A stretch of 63,440 nucleotides of DNA, counting the filler, from Rhabdomonas costata (lineage: Eukaryota), in the NCBI GenBank assembly GCA_019059605.1. It is 31 parts of 31 records of this genome, joined end to end, with 100 filler letters (N's around TTAATTAATTAA, not from the genome) between each part and the next. Parts side by side here need not be neighbours in the genome. Positions count along the whole stretch, not along the records: positions 12,305 to 14,254 come from JAHMHO010007061.1; positions 14,355 to 16,304 come from JAHMHO010007062.1; positions 16,405 to 18,353 come from JAHMHO010007063.1; positions 18,454 to 20,401 come from JAHMHO010007064.1; positions 20,502 to 22,450 come from JAHMHO010007065.1; positions 22,551 to 24,498 come from JAHMHO010007066.1; positions 24,599 to 26,547 come from JAHMHO010007067.1; 24 more parts are not named here. The stretch is one strand, 5' to 3'. Position numbers and translations under genes: made by a program. The notes below the pieces were generated by a model that was given only the letters and a program-made list of their open reading frames with translations, was not told the origin of the DNA and made no database searches. Shown piece after piece: positions 12,305 to 26,300 of the stretch (its first letter is position 1; the number at the start of each line of letters is the position of its first letter).

Positions 12305-13469
12305 TGGGTTTATCCGGGCTCGGGGTCGAGTTCCTGTTGGGCTGGGCCTTTGAGGCTGCTGGAGCCGCTCTAGCGCGCCCGGCGCCAGCCCCTGCTGGAG
12401 CAGGGCCCTTTGAGGCTAGCATCCTGGACAGAAGCCCTCCGGAAGCGGTATCGTCCTCGTCACTTCCCTTCGGGGAAGGCATGAAGGTGGTGTTGGGTGA
12501 AGCCTTCGGGCGGTCGCGGTCGCTACCCCGGCGACTCCTGCTTGAGCTGTGACTGCGACTGCGACTGCGACTGCGACTGCGACTGCGGGTGCTCTTGCTG
12601 CTCGTGCTACTGCGGGACTTGCGCCGCATTGGTGGCGATGAACCTGGGCTGCGATTGGCTTTGGGTTTGTTCGCCTCCTCAGAGGAAGAGGAAGTTGACG
12701 ACTGGCTGCGATGAGGAGAGGGAGACTGTGAGCGTGAGCGTTGGGGAGTTTCATGTTCACTTTGAGTGGGGCTCGAGCTTCGCTTGGCGGATTCTTCCAA
12801 AGCGGCGGCTGCTTCACGTGAGTGGTGGGGAGTATCGTGCTCACTTCGAGTGAGGCTCGAGCTTCGTTTGGCAGTTTTTTTCAAAGCGTCGACTGATTCA
12901 CGCGGGGACTGCTGGGCAGGCTCTCCCATCGTGGAAGTCCCGAGAATGTGGCTGGATGAGAGGAGGGGTGACAGAGGAGAGTCCAGCTTGAGGTTAGCAG
13001 TCTCCTCCATACTGAACGCTTCGGCCCCACCTGGGGCGTCATGGGCAATGGAGGAGTCGGGGGACAAGCACGAAAAGACCGTATCTGGTCTGCTGTCCAC
13101 GGGAGGCAGCGGAACTGGCACCAAAGCAGAGTCCCATCGCGGGGATACGGGTTCCTCCTCATACGTCTGGCTAGCCCCCGTCAGCTCAGACATGTAAACC
13201 GTTGATTCCGACGGCCCTGCCACTGCATGGCGAGGCTCAGCCTCTGCAGTACCCCTGCGAGCGGTTGGCTGCAAGGGAGAAGCGGCAGTCTGCTCAAACC
13301 GCCGCCCACCATCGCTCACACGAGTGCGACCCATGTTCACTGAAGAGGACAACTCATTGGGGGCTTGGGCCTCCGAAAGCTCGGCGCAAGACTCAGACCG
13401 GCCCGGAACCAGCGGAACGGGCGCGGCATCAGCAGCTGCGTAGTCGGCCCTGCCACTCCCAGGCTTCTC
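12305..13469 (-). CDS. Long exon encoding a Ser/Arg/Pro-rich disordered region with an RS tract
   Basis: About 1.16 kb open frame after an AG acceptor. RSRSRSRSRS is encoded by (gactgc)n at about 12550-12587, and there is an internal duplication KRSSSLTRSEHDTP / KRSSSPTQSEHETP. Confidence 0.75.
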
Positions 13470-15286
13470 CTTTGTACAACTCCGCACAGTTCTACCTAGA
13501 GCGTGCGTCCGTTTCCCATAGCAAGTGCGCCGCCAGCATATCATGCACACATAAAAACATGCACAGAGCAGAATAACTCGAAATGTTGTTGAGCTATTTA
13601 CATCCGACATACCCGGCATATCGTGCCACATTCGTGGGGCAAGTAGGTGATTTCCGCGTTGCACAGGAGTGAGGCATCATGCGCGCGCATAAATGAGCGC
13701 ACACCAGGAGAGCGCCTTGAAAGGAGCATTTGACGGTTTTGGAGACGTCTGAGAACCTGGAACACACACATCAATCAAGGTTCCTCAAGGAATCAATCAA
13801 TCAATCAATCAATCAATCATCAATCAAGGAACTGAAGGAGATGGGAACGTTGCCCTTGTCGAATAACCTTCACTCCTCCATTTTTACGCAATCTGAAACT
13901 GACACACGATGACCCGTCATCCCTGCTCTACCCCGAAACGGTACCCTGACATAACCCCCGTTTCGACAGCCTTGCAGGCTGCTGCTGCTGCTGCTGCTGC
14001 TGCGCAAACAATAAAATTCCGCCAAAATGCGCACCAGAATCAGCCCAAGAACAAGAATGGGTCCTATGGTCCTATGGGCCCCCACAGATGCCCGTCACAC
14101 GAAGCGAAGCACACGGACCTCGAGCTCTCGCTCTTCGTCCCGCAGGAGCTCCTCCAAGGGGCCAGAGCGAGAGCTTAGCTGCTCCTTCTTCCTTCGCCTT
14201 TTTGTTCACCGCAAAATTGATCCGCCCATGCGCAAGTGCATGTACAACCCACCCNNNNNNNNNNNNNNNNNNNNNNNNNNNNNNNNNNNNNNNNNNNNTT
14301 AATTAATTAANNNNNNNNNNNNNNNNNNNNNNNNNNNNNNNNNNNNNNNNNNNNGTTGTGGGGGTGCCACGCGGAGCACAGCGTAGAGGAGGCTTTCCGG
14401 GAAAACTCAAGGACCTGCACCCGAGCAACGTAACCCACACCCGCAAGCATCCACCCACATATACACACTGGAGCACGCACAGCAAAACGCGCAAACGGGG
14501 AGAGAAGCATCTGACGTGACGAACTGGCTTTACTTTGTCGCAGTACTCGCATATTAGTGGGGATACTCATTCTCGGTCTCACTTTTCGCTCTATAAGCAA
14601 TCACCCGATGGCAAAGCGGAATCCCTGGCGCATGTTCGTAAACACGTACCTTTGACAGATCTTCGTACAGATCTTCGGTATTTCATTGCATTTCATGGTA
14701 CTACTTTATCTATCTACTTGGGGCAGGGTGCAACCTTTTCAACCGCAGGTTCGAGCAGGCCACGCCGGCGAGAGTAGGAGCTGTCATAGCTCTGGTCGAT
14801 TTGGGTCAGCACATGCATTGCTCGTCCTATGAAAAACCCAGAGCACCGAACACATTCTGAATTTTCACATGCGGCATTTCAAAAGACCCCCCAAACACTG
14901 TAGAGTGATCTTCGATCTCACCATGCGCACATGAATACCTTGAGCACACCACTTTCGAAAGTCCTAGAGAGGCAGGATTTTAGCAAGAGATAGCAATCCA
15001 AAAGGATTTCAGGTATCCCAGCGAGCCAGCAATCAAAAAGAACAATGTCAGCGGGACGGAGTGTGATTGAATCAGAATATGTTTTGATGGCAGTAAAAAG
15101 GGAGTGGAGCTGCAGATGCGTACGCTTAGGCAGAGCATCGGCATGGGCATGCGCATGGGCATGGGCAAAAAAGCAGGAGGTTGGCAGTTGCGGGGGCGAG
15201 GTTTGGGGGTTGTGGTACAGGAGCTAAAACCGGGTGGCGTTGGGGAAAGCAGGCAAGAAGGGACAGGTCCATTGGCATAAGCATAC

Positions 15287-16030
15287 CCGACCAGTACTCG
15301 CAGTCTGCAACGTCCCTGCTGGCCCGCACCTTGGCCACAATTTCCTGCAGCTCAGCCTCCAGGGCCTGCGTCGCAGCCTCAGACTGCGCCGTGGCCGCCG
15401 CCATACTCTGTGGGGAACGGGTGGGGGTTGAAGGGCAGACAAATCTCACCCATTTCACCACACGGGTCTTATCGCTTTATTTTTTTTTTCAAAAGAGTTC
15501 AGATTGCCGTCAACAGTCAACAGCGGGACCACAATAAGTGAGAAAAGCAGCGGTGGGGTACCATTGAGGCACCGTAGAGACGGCAACCGTTTCTTCCTTT
15601 GTTTGTAATTCGTTACGGCCATGGCAGAAGACATTTGCAAAGATCCGCCCATCTTTCATCCCACCAATCCCAGAGCTACCTGCGAGAGTTCCTCCTCCAT
15701 GCTCACAGCGCCCGTGACAGTCTCGGCAAGGAACCGTGCCGCGGCCGTGAACACCGCCACCACAGGCGCTGCAAAGCCCTCGGGAGAAGCCCTTGAGGTA
15801 GCCTGGGGGCCTGTGCCCACTGCCCCGTGAGGCGTGGCTGCCGCAGAGGCCGCCGTTGCCGCAGCTGGCAGATGCTTCGGAGTGGTAGGAGGGACGGTTG
15901 CCGTGGAGGAAGCGTGGGGAGGGTTGCTCGGTGCTGGGGAGAGGCTCGGGGTTGCCGCTCGCACCAGGTTACGGAGGTGGGTCTGCATCATCTGAGGGAG
16001 GGGGGCAATCTTCAGGTGGGTTTGAGGCAC
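15287..16030 (-). CDS. Hypothetical protein, two exons (about 16030-15680 and 15407-15287)
   Basis: Ala/Pro-rich exon ending EEELSQ|GT splices in frame to SMAAATAQSEAATQALEAELQEIVAKVRASRDVADCEYWS. Confidence 0.6.
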
Positions 16031-16404
16031 TACAACCGTACATTAGACCTGCCGATGATCCAGCAGAGGCAATGCACTCTCTTCTGACAACGTGTGTATC
16101 CACCTATCATCAGACTCCACAATCGAGAATGGTGCTTTAAAGAGGAACCCAAAACATTGAAAACTCCAGCCACAACCAGCAAGAATGAATCGCAACCTTC
16201 ACAGAAAAGACAAGAGTCGGGATTTAGAAAGGAGTGCAACAGTTTCGGTTCACTCTTGCTGGTTGTGGCTGGAGTTTTCAATGTTTTGGGTTCCTCTTAA
16301 AACANNNNNNNNNNNNNNNNNNNNNNNNNNNNNNNNNNNNNNNNNNNNTTAATTAATTAANNNNNNNNNNNNNNNNNNNNNNNNNNNNNNNNNNNNNNNN
16401 NNNN

Positions 16405-16642
16405 CCAAAAAACAGTGGTCTTTTTCGTCGGGGATGGCCAGGCAGAGCCCCTGGTACGGGGCGCAGCCCTTGTCCCGGGTGCGAGGATTGCTGCAGCGGC
16501 ACAGGAAATTGATGGGCTGCACCTCCAGCCAGGGCTGCGCTCTGGACTCGACCGTCTCCGCGGTGGTGTTGAGGTGATTGGGGTTGAAGAAGACCACATG
16601 GGTGGTGCCCCGAGGCACCATCACAGGCGCAGGCGCAGTCAT
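16405..16642 (-). CDS. Hypothetical protein, N-terminal exon truncated at the contig end
   Basis: GC-rich frame MTAPAPVMVPRGTTHVVFFNPNHLN...CRCSNPRTRDKGCAPYQGLC. Confidence 0.5.
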
Positions 16643-18961
16643 TGCGCGGAGGGGGGGGACGGGGAGCGACACCAAAACAATAGCAACAGCACACTGAGAG
16701 AAGTGTATACGTACAAATGCTTGAATGGGAAGCCCGTCATAATTCCGAGGCTTTCGGCCCTTTGGGGTTCTCCAGGATTCGATCAATTTCCAAATATACG
16801 CGTTGTCACTATTTATTCGTTTCGCTGGCAAGGTGGGGCCTGAAAGCAGAATCGCCAGTTTTATTACTTCCTGGAAGCAATTGTGGGACACCAGGCCTTT
16901 GTCACAGTGTTCTCAGGGCGTATCAAAATAGAAACAGGTTGGGTAAAATGAGCTATTCTTCCTTGTGGATCGATGAAATAAGGAGGAAGAGCGCCGCAGC
17001 AACCGATGGCAACCATCACGTCTCACACTCGGCTTCGGTCCACCCAAAAGGACAGTATCTCTCGCACACGCGTGATTCCTTCCCATTGCCAGCGAAGCGA
17101 GCAATATCGTATTTTTGAAGCGTTTCACTTGCTCGCACCCTTGCTCGTAGCAAATGACATTGAGCGATACAAGGATGCTTTTCTTGATACTGCAAAAACG
17201 ACGTTTTACGCTACATTGCGGAATCTCCCTGATTCGTTCATCGTTCCAAAAAGCAATCGCCAAGGACCAAATTAACAATGTGCCCCCCTTCCCCTTCCCT
17301 CCACTCCACCGAACGGCCGCAACAGGAATAAAGTCACGCCAACAAAGAGCAGTTCGCCCGTCACAGAGGCTTTTACAGGAATTACTGGGAACCTCACATA
17401 GGCATCAGCATACAGAATGGTGCAGGAACAGAAAAATACTGTGCAACGAATGTACACCAGTGACACGCCAAAGAAAGGCATCACGACGGAGCCGCGGTAA
17501 GGGATGTGAATCTATTGAGAGCTGCTAGTGATTGGGATGCGCACGAAAACGCTGTTCCCAGACCTCAAGTTGGCAGGAGATCACGAGTTCCCTACTGCAG
17601 TGGAGACCGATGGAGGAGCAGAGGAGAGGTACTCCCGCACCCACCGCCGCCGGCGGGCCATGTCCGCAACCCGTCGAGTGCCGTGGAAACGCTCGGCTGA
17701 GGAGCTGGCGGCATACTGCCACCCCTCCTTGTCGCAGTCAAGGCACTTATCCACGTACCAGTCACATCTGACAGAAATACACCAAATCACGGATCAGAGT
17801 TCCCTTCATTTCTTGTGGGGAGTTCCGCACGCACTCGGCTGCAATGATCAAGCCCAAAAGAAAACGACGAACGTGCACCCTGGTACTCAGGCAGCACGGA
17901 GAATCAGCACCTAATGAAACACAAAAGAGTGAATCCCGGCAGCATCGAAAGCACCTCGCCTATTCCCCTGCGTCGTTCCTTAACGCCTGCAAGGCCAAGT
18001 ATTCTCATCTTGGAACATGTACATCGACCCCTGCAAGTTCAATGAACTCATGCGGGGCAAGTGCATCGCTCTCAACCCCCAGCGTTTTGTAGGCCCCATG
18101 CCCACAGCAACGCGCAGACGGTGCCAATTGTCATAACGTCACCGTCCTCCAAATGTGCACCACATGCATGCACCAAATGAAGGCAGGGAGGAAGGAAAGC
18201 AAGAGACCCCCAGGTGCTGCCCTCAGGAGGGACGATCTCGTCCCGGGCTGCCCGCGCCGCGGCCCCTCGAGAGTCCGCCCAGCGGCTGTGCTTCCACCCC
18301 ACCAAAGGGAGCCTCCTCTGCGCCTCCCACACCCACCAAACTCACCCAACTCANNNNNNNNNNNNNNNNNNNNNNNNNNNNNNNNNNNNNNNNNNNNTTA
18401 ATTAATTAANNNNNNNNNNNNNNNNNNNNNNNNNNNNNNNNNNNNNNNNNNNNTGTGTTGGGTGTGGGTGGTTTGTGGTGTGTTACAGGCAAACTTCGGT
18501 GAACTTGCCCTTTGCCCAGGAACAGCGATGAACGGTTCCCAAGAGTTATCTACCAAAAGGGACAGAGTTATCCTAGTGGTGAAGGCCAGCGCCATCAGGG
18601 GGGTTTTCCGGGGGCCGAGCCTACCAGCATACGTAATTTGAAACTTTACCGATGAACGTCCTCCGTTAAACCGTTAAGCACCCCCACCACCACCACAAAA
18701 AAAAATCGCACTCCAGCCCGACTCCATTTTTCCTGTTTCCCAGTGCACGGCTTTCCTCTCACGGGGGTTAGAGTTCGATCAGAAAGCGACGCTTGCCAAA
18801 CGAGTGTACGCGCATGCACTAAACCAAAATTGTTGCTGGCAACCAACGGTTGGAGAGCAAGGAAATCTCCATTTCTCTCTCCGCTCGGACACTTCAGGAA
18901 CTTTCCGCTTCCCAATAAAACAGAAAAGAAACAAGAACGCCAAAATAGCCAGTGAGCACAC

Positions 18962-19325
18962 CGCTGAGGCACTCGGTGTCGGTGGTTGCTGAGGGGCCAG
19001 CGGCGGGGACTCGGCAGGCATGGCTTCCCCATTCATACGCTGCGCGAGAGGAATGAGCAGAGACGCGCAGAAAACGTGACGGCGCTGCCGTGCGGAACCA
19101 CTGGCGCTTTCGAAAGCTGAGGCAGTCCCAATGGCTTCCTTTGAGTTCAAGCAATGGCAGGGTTTCCGCTTTCCCGCACTCTCAGTACCTCTGAGCACGA
19201 TCATTACAGACCTTCTTCAGGGCATCTCTCTCCTTGCGCTCGGCGGCCTCCAGCTTCTCGCGGATGTCCTCCACCTCGGCCTCAACCATGTTCATCACCA
19301 CTTGCACCGCCAGTTCGGTATACCG
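18962..19325 (-). CDS. Hypothetical coiled-coil protein exons (19325-19212, about 19039-18962)
   Basis: AG/GT-bounded exons RYTELAVQVVMNMVEAEVEDIREKLEAAERKERDALKK and RMNGEAMPAESPPLAPQQPPTPSASA. Confidence 0.6.
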
Positions 19326-21042
19326 CTGAGGGGAACCCAATACGCCAAAAAAGAACCTTCGACCGCAACCCAGCGGTCTTGCAGGCAAAAAATGGAATCA
19401 GCAAGGAAGGCTTTTATACACAGTGCAGAAGGAATCGACGCATCACCTCCGCGCACACAAACCTTGAGCATTGACTCTTGGCTCATTCCCACCTCCGGCC
19501 ATTGCCCCCGCTCACAACTAGCCGTCTCTTCTTGGGGCAGAGATCCCAAGCCTTAAAGCTCTGTGTCGGGCGACGCACTCGGGATGCCATCTTAGATGTC
19601 ATAAGACGACAGGATAGATCTCTTCTAAGGTGCAGTTAGATGCTGACAGTTGCCTGGAAGTGCGATTTCTCCAAAAAGAAATTAACTCCCAACAGAATGG
19701 AGCCTTCTTGCATTGGGGGGGGGGAAATACATTGCAAAAAGTGTCTGATGCGGACGTTTAGCACCGAGGTAGACGCCCGGCCCGTATAATCGTCCCAGAA
19801 TGGAACCCCTCCAAACGGCAAACGGCAAGGACGCTCAAGAACCGGAACTTATTTTGTCAGTGGCCACCTGCCACTCCGGCCTGCAAACTTTGCCGTGGGT
19901 GCTGTGAAACCAAACTGTCCATATGTTTTCGAGAGTTGACTCAGACACCACTTTGCCCATTGATGGAGTGGAACCAGAAAACTGACTCATAACTTTTCAC
20001 TTCAAAAGGATACAGGTCACACGTACCAGTATCCTCAAAATAATTTATTTAGACCACTGAGGCGGCGGCCGCAGCGGGAGCTGGGCGAAAATATGACCTG
20101 GGAGGCCTTCGATGACTCTTTTGCTCCCAAGGAACAAACTGACCACAGCTATCTAAAAAACAGAGCACCTCAAACTCTCGAACCCCCAACATTGTTTAAA
20201 AAAAACTCTCGTGGAAAAAATTTATAACCACTGGCAACCATGTCAACTGGTGGGTGCTGCCCCCCACCCCACACAATCCTGCAATTCACCTCAGACTTAA
20301 TCTTATACTTCACACTCCCTCAACCTTCCTGAGTTGGTATTTCTGGGCCCGAAGGCTTTGATGACTTTGGATGCCATCAGAGCCTTCGGGCCCAAAAACC
20401 CNNNNNNNNNNNNNNNNNNNNNNNNNNNNNNNNNNNNNNNNNNNNTTAATTAATTAANNNNNNNNNNNNNNNNNNNNNNNNNNNNNNNNNNNNNNNNNNN
20501 NACCCTTTGGAAATCGACCCAAATTGATGATTTTGAGGTCGGGGGTGCTGAAAAACGCATTTCTAAGCCGCGTTGAGCCGCATTTGACGTCGTTTACCCC
20601 GGTTTTTAGCCTGCTGTTGTCTTTATATCGCCTTTTTGAGCACTCAAAGGGCTTTTCAGGGCCCTTCAAAGGGTCGAGGTGACCGGACGGTGCTTTATTT
20701 TGCAGGTTGGCAGGTGGGTTTTGCAGGCAACTGTCCCCGGCTGCTTCTGCGCTAACGTTTACTCCGCGTTTACTCCGTGCTTCCAACCGTGCAAAAGAGT
20801 TTTTGCTTTTGCTTCGTCATTTCTTTTATAGGTGACTTTTATGTATAACCGAGCGCAACACTCTACAGTGAGCAGTATTGCTATTTCCGGGGGGGGGGAT
20901 CCCGGATAAAGTTGTGTGCTGGGCAGAGCCTTAAGGGATTACTACCAAACACCAAACAATCGCAGCGACAACACTCCGGATCAATATACGACATCCACAT
21001 GGACACCTCTCCAATCACCACATCCCTGCTTGGCTCGCGCAG

Positions 21043-21945
21043 CTGGAGCTGTCGGGGAATCCTCTGGCTAACGAGCCGAACTATCGCCAGATCATCATCC
21101 ACACCCTGCCCAGCCTGGCCATCTTTGACCGCCAATGCGTGAGCGAGGAGGAACGCGCCGCGGCCGCGGTACTCCTGGGGCAGCGCATGGACTCCACGGC
21201 TCGGTCAGCCTTCGGGCGGTCCCTGCCTCCACCGAAGCCCAAGACAAAGGCAGGCCTCCAAACACATTCCCGTATTTATGTGTAAAATAACGGCTGTATT
21301 CTGTATTCTGTATTCTGGTGGTTGTGCGTGGACACTTTAACTTTGTTAAAATTCCAAACAAGCGCATCTGTGATGCCGATTTACGCGGAGCAACTTTGTT
21401 TTCATGCCCCTCCCTTCTCTCCCTTGCCCCATTTCCCGACTTTTCTCTGCACTCACCATTTGCATATTTTTTCTTTCCTGCCCCCACTTCCCTGCTTTTT
21501 TTTTGTGAAGTTCTCTTGCTGTCCTGTAATTTCTTTTCTGCATGAACCTTTCTTGTTCATAGTGTCTGTCACTGTCAATTTCTAATCTACGCTTGGATTT
21601 TTGTTGCATGAGTTTGCTTTAATCCAATTGTGGACATTGGTGGTGATGATTTTTTTCGCTTTTCAAAACTGTGGTCTGCAGGTCCCGCTGTTGTCTGCCT
21701 CTGTGCGGGCCCTCGAGGAAACTGTCTCGGGGATCAAGGCCCGTGATGCCGCCGCGGTGGCGCAGCAGAAGCTGAAAGAGGAGCAGGAGCTTGCGGCGCA
21801 GGCCAAGGCCCGCGCAGAGTTCCGGGTGCCTGAGCCCGGCACTCACTCCGTGCTGCAGGAGGGCCTGAACCGGCGCAACGCTGTCCTCCGGGAGTCACAA
21901 AAGGAGCAAACCCAGGCCGCGGTCTTCGCTCTGCTGCTGCCAAAG
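21043..21945 (+). CDS. SDS22/U2A'-type leucine-rich repeat protein, LRRcap and C-terminal part (LRRC72-like; exons 21043-21249, 21682-about 21945)
   Basis: LELSGNPLANEPNYRQIIIHTLPSLAIFDRQCVSEEERAAA matches the LRRcap consensus. This frame is absent from the ORF track. Confidence 0.85.
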
Positions 21946-22662
21946 TACGGGAGCCAGGGCAGTTTGGTAGTGGATTTGGTCATTGCAAGGGATGAGCAGA
22001 GATGAGCCTGTGAGAACCGCACCACAGTGGGTTGAGATCAACAAAGGCAACTGGCAGATACTCACTGCAATGTGCCATTGTTTGCCCGCATAGCAAGTAC
22101 CATAACCCCCCGCCAACACACGCACACCTCAGACAAACTCGTCTATTGTAGCGTTCCTGGGTCGAAACCGCCACAACCGTGGGAGTGGGAGGGCAGTCAG
22201 CAGAAATCACTAGATCATCCACAGTATCGTTGCATCCACATCACGCAATCCATCTGTGATTCTACCTATAGAGTCCCCAACACCCCACCAGGCAAGAGAC
22301 AAGCGCCCAGCAAATACGCGTCCACAATCTCTTTGTCAGCCGGGAGCTTCGCACCATCCGCGGTGCCTTTGAGCAAGGCCGGGCCCTGCGCCGTGCGGAC
22401 TGCGTGACCATTCTGCAGACCCTGGGGCTCCCCCCCAACCACACACACCCNNNNNNNNNNNNNNNNNNNNNNNNNNNNNNNNNNNNNNNNNNNNTTAATT
22501 AATTAANNNNNNNNNNNNNNNNNNNNNNNNNNNNNNNNNNNNNNNNNNNNTTTGTGGTGGTTTGATTTTTCTCTTCTTCACTGCGTCCATCTGGGTTGGG
22601 TATGCTGCCCCGGCGCTCTGGAACACACACACACACACACACGTGTACAAAATGACAGCAAC

Positions 22663-24164
22663 CTCTGCAGTTTCCTCTGAACCTTTTCCCTGGAGGACAA
22701 CTCCTTGTTCAGATGCACGCCCACCCGCTCTTGCTCCTGAACCTTCGAAAAGAGCAGAAGGCTAGAGAGCCAGAAAACGAGGAGAGGGGAAGGCAGGTAC
22801 AATGGGGAAATGCACCACGTCAATATGTGATACGCACCACTGCACACGAGAGAAAGAGAGAGCACCTTCTTCTGCAGCCCGAGCACCGTCTGGGCGGCCT
22901 CGTCCCGGATCCTTTTTGTTCGAAGCGCGCATACCCAACCCAGATGGACGCAGTGAAGAAGAGAAAAATCAAACCAGCACAAAGCTCCAAAATTGTCCAG
23001 CGATTATAGGACCCATGGTTCGGAAATCCACAACGCCTTTGTCCAATTGGCCTTTTGGAGGTTTCCCGTTGGTAGGATTGGACAGACTCATGTGCAAGCT
23101 GTCGCGGGCAGTTCGCGAAACCCACGGGAGGGGTTCAGGTGAATAGGTTAACCTGAACAGTGAGCGAAGTTTTTCCGCAGAATGGCACCCGAATCAGTTT
23201 CGATTTCCAAGCAAGAAAGAAAAATATCGGAAGAATGCTGAAGCTCCCAAAACTCCCAAAGGACCAGCTCCCAACCAAAGGACATCCGTACCAAAATCAT
23301 CGGTGAGATGGCAAACGACAGCTACCGCGCATAGCTGCAACGTTACCACCAACGCATATAGGCACAAACACACGAACGACGCACTTCGTCAAGGAAGAGC
23401 ACAGGTCTTCACAGGAGCGAAGGCGGGCCTTCAGGTCGCGAATCTCAATGCTGCACTTGCTCACCTTTACAAGACAATGATCCATAAAGGAGAGCTCCTA
23501 CTCAGCCCAGAAAGGGAGAAGCTCTTTGGAGCACACACAGGCTGAGGTTGGGGTCACGTGGCGAGGATGCATTCAGCTGCCAGGGAAGAGGAAGGAACAC
23601 CATACCGCATCAAAGTTTGCATTTTACGGGAGCGAAAAGAAAAGGAAACCTGGTCTGTCCACTGAGAGACTTCGGAGCGGCTCTGGTCCGCATTCTCCTG
23701 TGCTTCGCGGGCAGCTTGCCTGAGCACACAAACCCACAAAGGAAAGTGGACAAGCTGTCTCTTGTACAGTCACTGTTTCTCGTAATCGACGGAAGATGGG
23801 CGGGTGCGTGCGGCAGTGTGTGTGTGTGTGTGTGCGTGCGCGCGTGCGTGTGCGTAGGTGCCCGGCAAGGTACCGGTGGGCACCACTCCCCCTGGAACAC
23901 ACGACTACTCCTCCTATACTCTGCTCTACTAAAGTCCAAAGCCAAATTGGGTGTGCGACACTGGTGATAGGAGGCAAACTAGTTTATTGCGCCAGTTTCC
24001 ATTTCCTTAAGCAACCAAAGAAGAAGGAATGTCCATTTCAAGGAAACACTGAGCACATGTAAATACTTTTGCGCAGCGAGCTCCTGAGCCAGCCCTTGCT
24101 TCTCCAGAAAGGACCTGCTGGCCGCGTCTTCGGTGGCGATCAAGCGGCTCTTGACCACATCAAA
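22663..24164 (-). CDS. Coiled-coil protein, at least five short exons
   Basis: Phase-compatible GT-AG exons FDVVKSRLIATEDAASR.../QAAREAQENADQSR.../VSKCSIEIRDLKARLR.../IRDEAAQTVLGLQKK/VQEQERVGVHLNKELSSR... Confidence 0.75.
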
Positions 24165-25637
24165 CTGAAACCACCCCACGCGGAAAAAATGAAAAAAAAA
24201 AGTAGAGAAACAGTTGACAAAACGCTATCTAAAAAGCCATCGCTGTGGACAAGTGGACAATAAACTCGAGTTCTCGAGTGCACAACCTCGCCTGGGCCTC
24301 CGTTGACTGGCCTGAACAGGCACCCACCTGCCGAGGGTGAAAGGTCAGAGAACTCCGACTTCAAGCACCGGCCACGCAGCGTTTAGGGAGGCCTGCTGTA
24401 CATACATAAAGACCCCAGACCTGCTTCGGCTTAGCCTGAAGCTTCGAACTAGTCTCCTTCTACTGGCAACGACCCCAGGTCAGGTTCACCCCCCCCACNN
24501 NNNNNNNNNNNNNNNNNNNNNNNNNNNNNNNNNNNNNNNNNNTTAATTAATTAANNNNNNNNNNNNNNNNNNNNNNNNNNNNNNNNNNNNNNNNNNNNTT
24601 TTTTGTGGGGCAATGAGACCGGGGGGTGAACTCATGCCCTTGACGGACTGACGGACTGAAGAACCATCTTTGCAGTGCTGTGGAATGTTGCTGTGTTCCA
24701 GGGTTCAAGGGAAGAACAGTCCGAGAATGGTCTTAGTGTTGTACATTTTTATTCATTGCTGGGAAATGAAAATTCTCCTTAATTACCACTTCTTCACAAT
24801 TTTCGCTTCGCTTCACCGTTTTCCATGTTCGTAGCAAGTCAAGAAAAATGGATGTCTTTCCTCAAAGTGTAGAGGCGCTTACATTTGCTTACATTTGTTC
24901 CCAGGTATGAAAGCATGTGAAAGGCAACCTCCCTTGCGGCCCTGAAATTTCCCGAAAATTCTCGAAGGGGGTCGCACTTGCCCACCGATATTCGTGGACC
25001 ACAGACATGCTAACTTTTGAATTATGTGCAATCCGCCTGTTACTATATTTTTGTGCATTCGCATATGCCTATGCTCACCTGCCGACACAAAATTAGACAT
25101 GTGCACATGACCCTGATGTGCGCGTGCAAACCGGAAAGAGCATGTGAGGACAGACTGAAGGTGAAAGCCAGGGCCCTGCTTTCCAGTCTCTCTGTGCAAG
25201 GGGCAGTGGCGGAACCTTGAATGTCCTTGTGGCGGTCATGCAGGTTTCCTCCCCGGTGACCTGAACTGACCCATTTTTATACACCTTTCCATCCGCCGAC
25301 TGCACTCATGTTTTCTCTCTCGCGTCGTGCTTACCATTCTGCCGTTTAGCCCCATCACAGTCTAAGGCATGGCTTTATTTTTATATCCTACCTACCCATG
25401 TCATGATTCGGCCACAATTCGTCCTCTGTTTATTTTTTTTTGGTTTTTTCTTTAGTAGTGCCACTGCCCAGAGTTTAGTGGGACACCCAGTGTGTCGGTC
25501 CGTGGCAAATCTTTTCGCAGTAGCAATCCTCTGCATCTTTTTCCGGTTGCTTTTCCATTCATCGATTTCCACCTGTGCTCTCTCCTCGAAGAAAAACCAC
25601 CCACGAAATGCCCCTGAAGGCCTCCGCAGTGGCTCAG

Positions 25638-26300
25638 ATGATGCTGGTGGGCGCCCCTTTGGCCTACGCCGCTCTGCGCGTCGCCAGCCGGTGTGCTGTG
25701 TGAGTGTGGGTGTGGGTGGGTGTGGGTGTGGAAAAAGGAGTTTAATCCTCCTTTCTTGTGATGGGATATGTTCCCCCGAAGAAGAAAGAAGTAGAGGAGA
25801 TGAAAAGTGGAGAAGATGGTGACAAAGGCACAAAGATCCTGCCTCGGGGAAAACTCATTACAAGCCCGTGAAGGGTCAGCCTTTTGTTATTGTTATAATT
25901 TTGAAAGAAAAAATGTATCGAAAAAACGTTGTGAAAAAGAGAGAGTTGGCCGTCATTGGTAAAAAAAAACTGTAACGAAAGATTGTGAAGTAAAAAATGA
26001 TCTTGGCCTTGCCACATGTGTCCGATCGAGTGGTCTTCTGACAACCTTCCTCTCCACGCTCACCACAAATTAAACAGGTACACTGGGGTGCGGTGCTGCG
26101 GAGTGAGCACCAGTGCCACGGGAAACGGCGGTGGGGGGTCCTGTGGCAGCTGTGCCTGCAGCGCGAAGCCCGCGGCGAAGGACACTGGGGCGTACGACCT
26201 GCGGACCAAGGCCAAGGTGGCCCAGAAGGCCCCGTTCAAGGTCACCGTGAAGAAGGGCGAGAAGTACTACATCTGCACCTGTGGGCACTCCAAGAAGCAG
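25638..26300 (+). CDS. CDGSH iron-sulfur domain protein (CISD3/MiNT-like), N-terminal part (exons 25638-25690, 26078-26300)
   Basis: MMLVGAPLAYAALRVASR/YTGVRCC (presequence-like) leads to AQKAPFKVTVKKGEKYYICTCGHSKKQ, which ends at an intron where PFCDGSH is expected. Confidence 0.85.
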
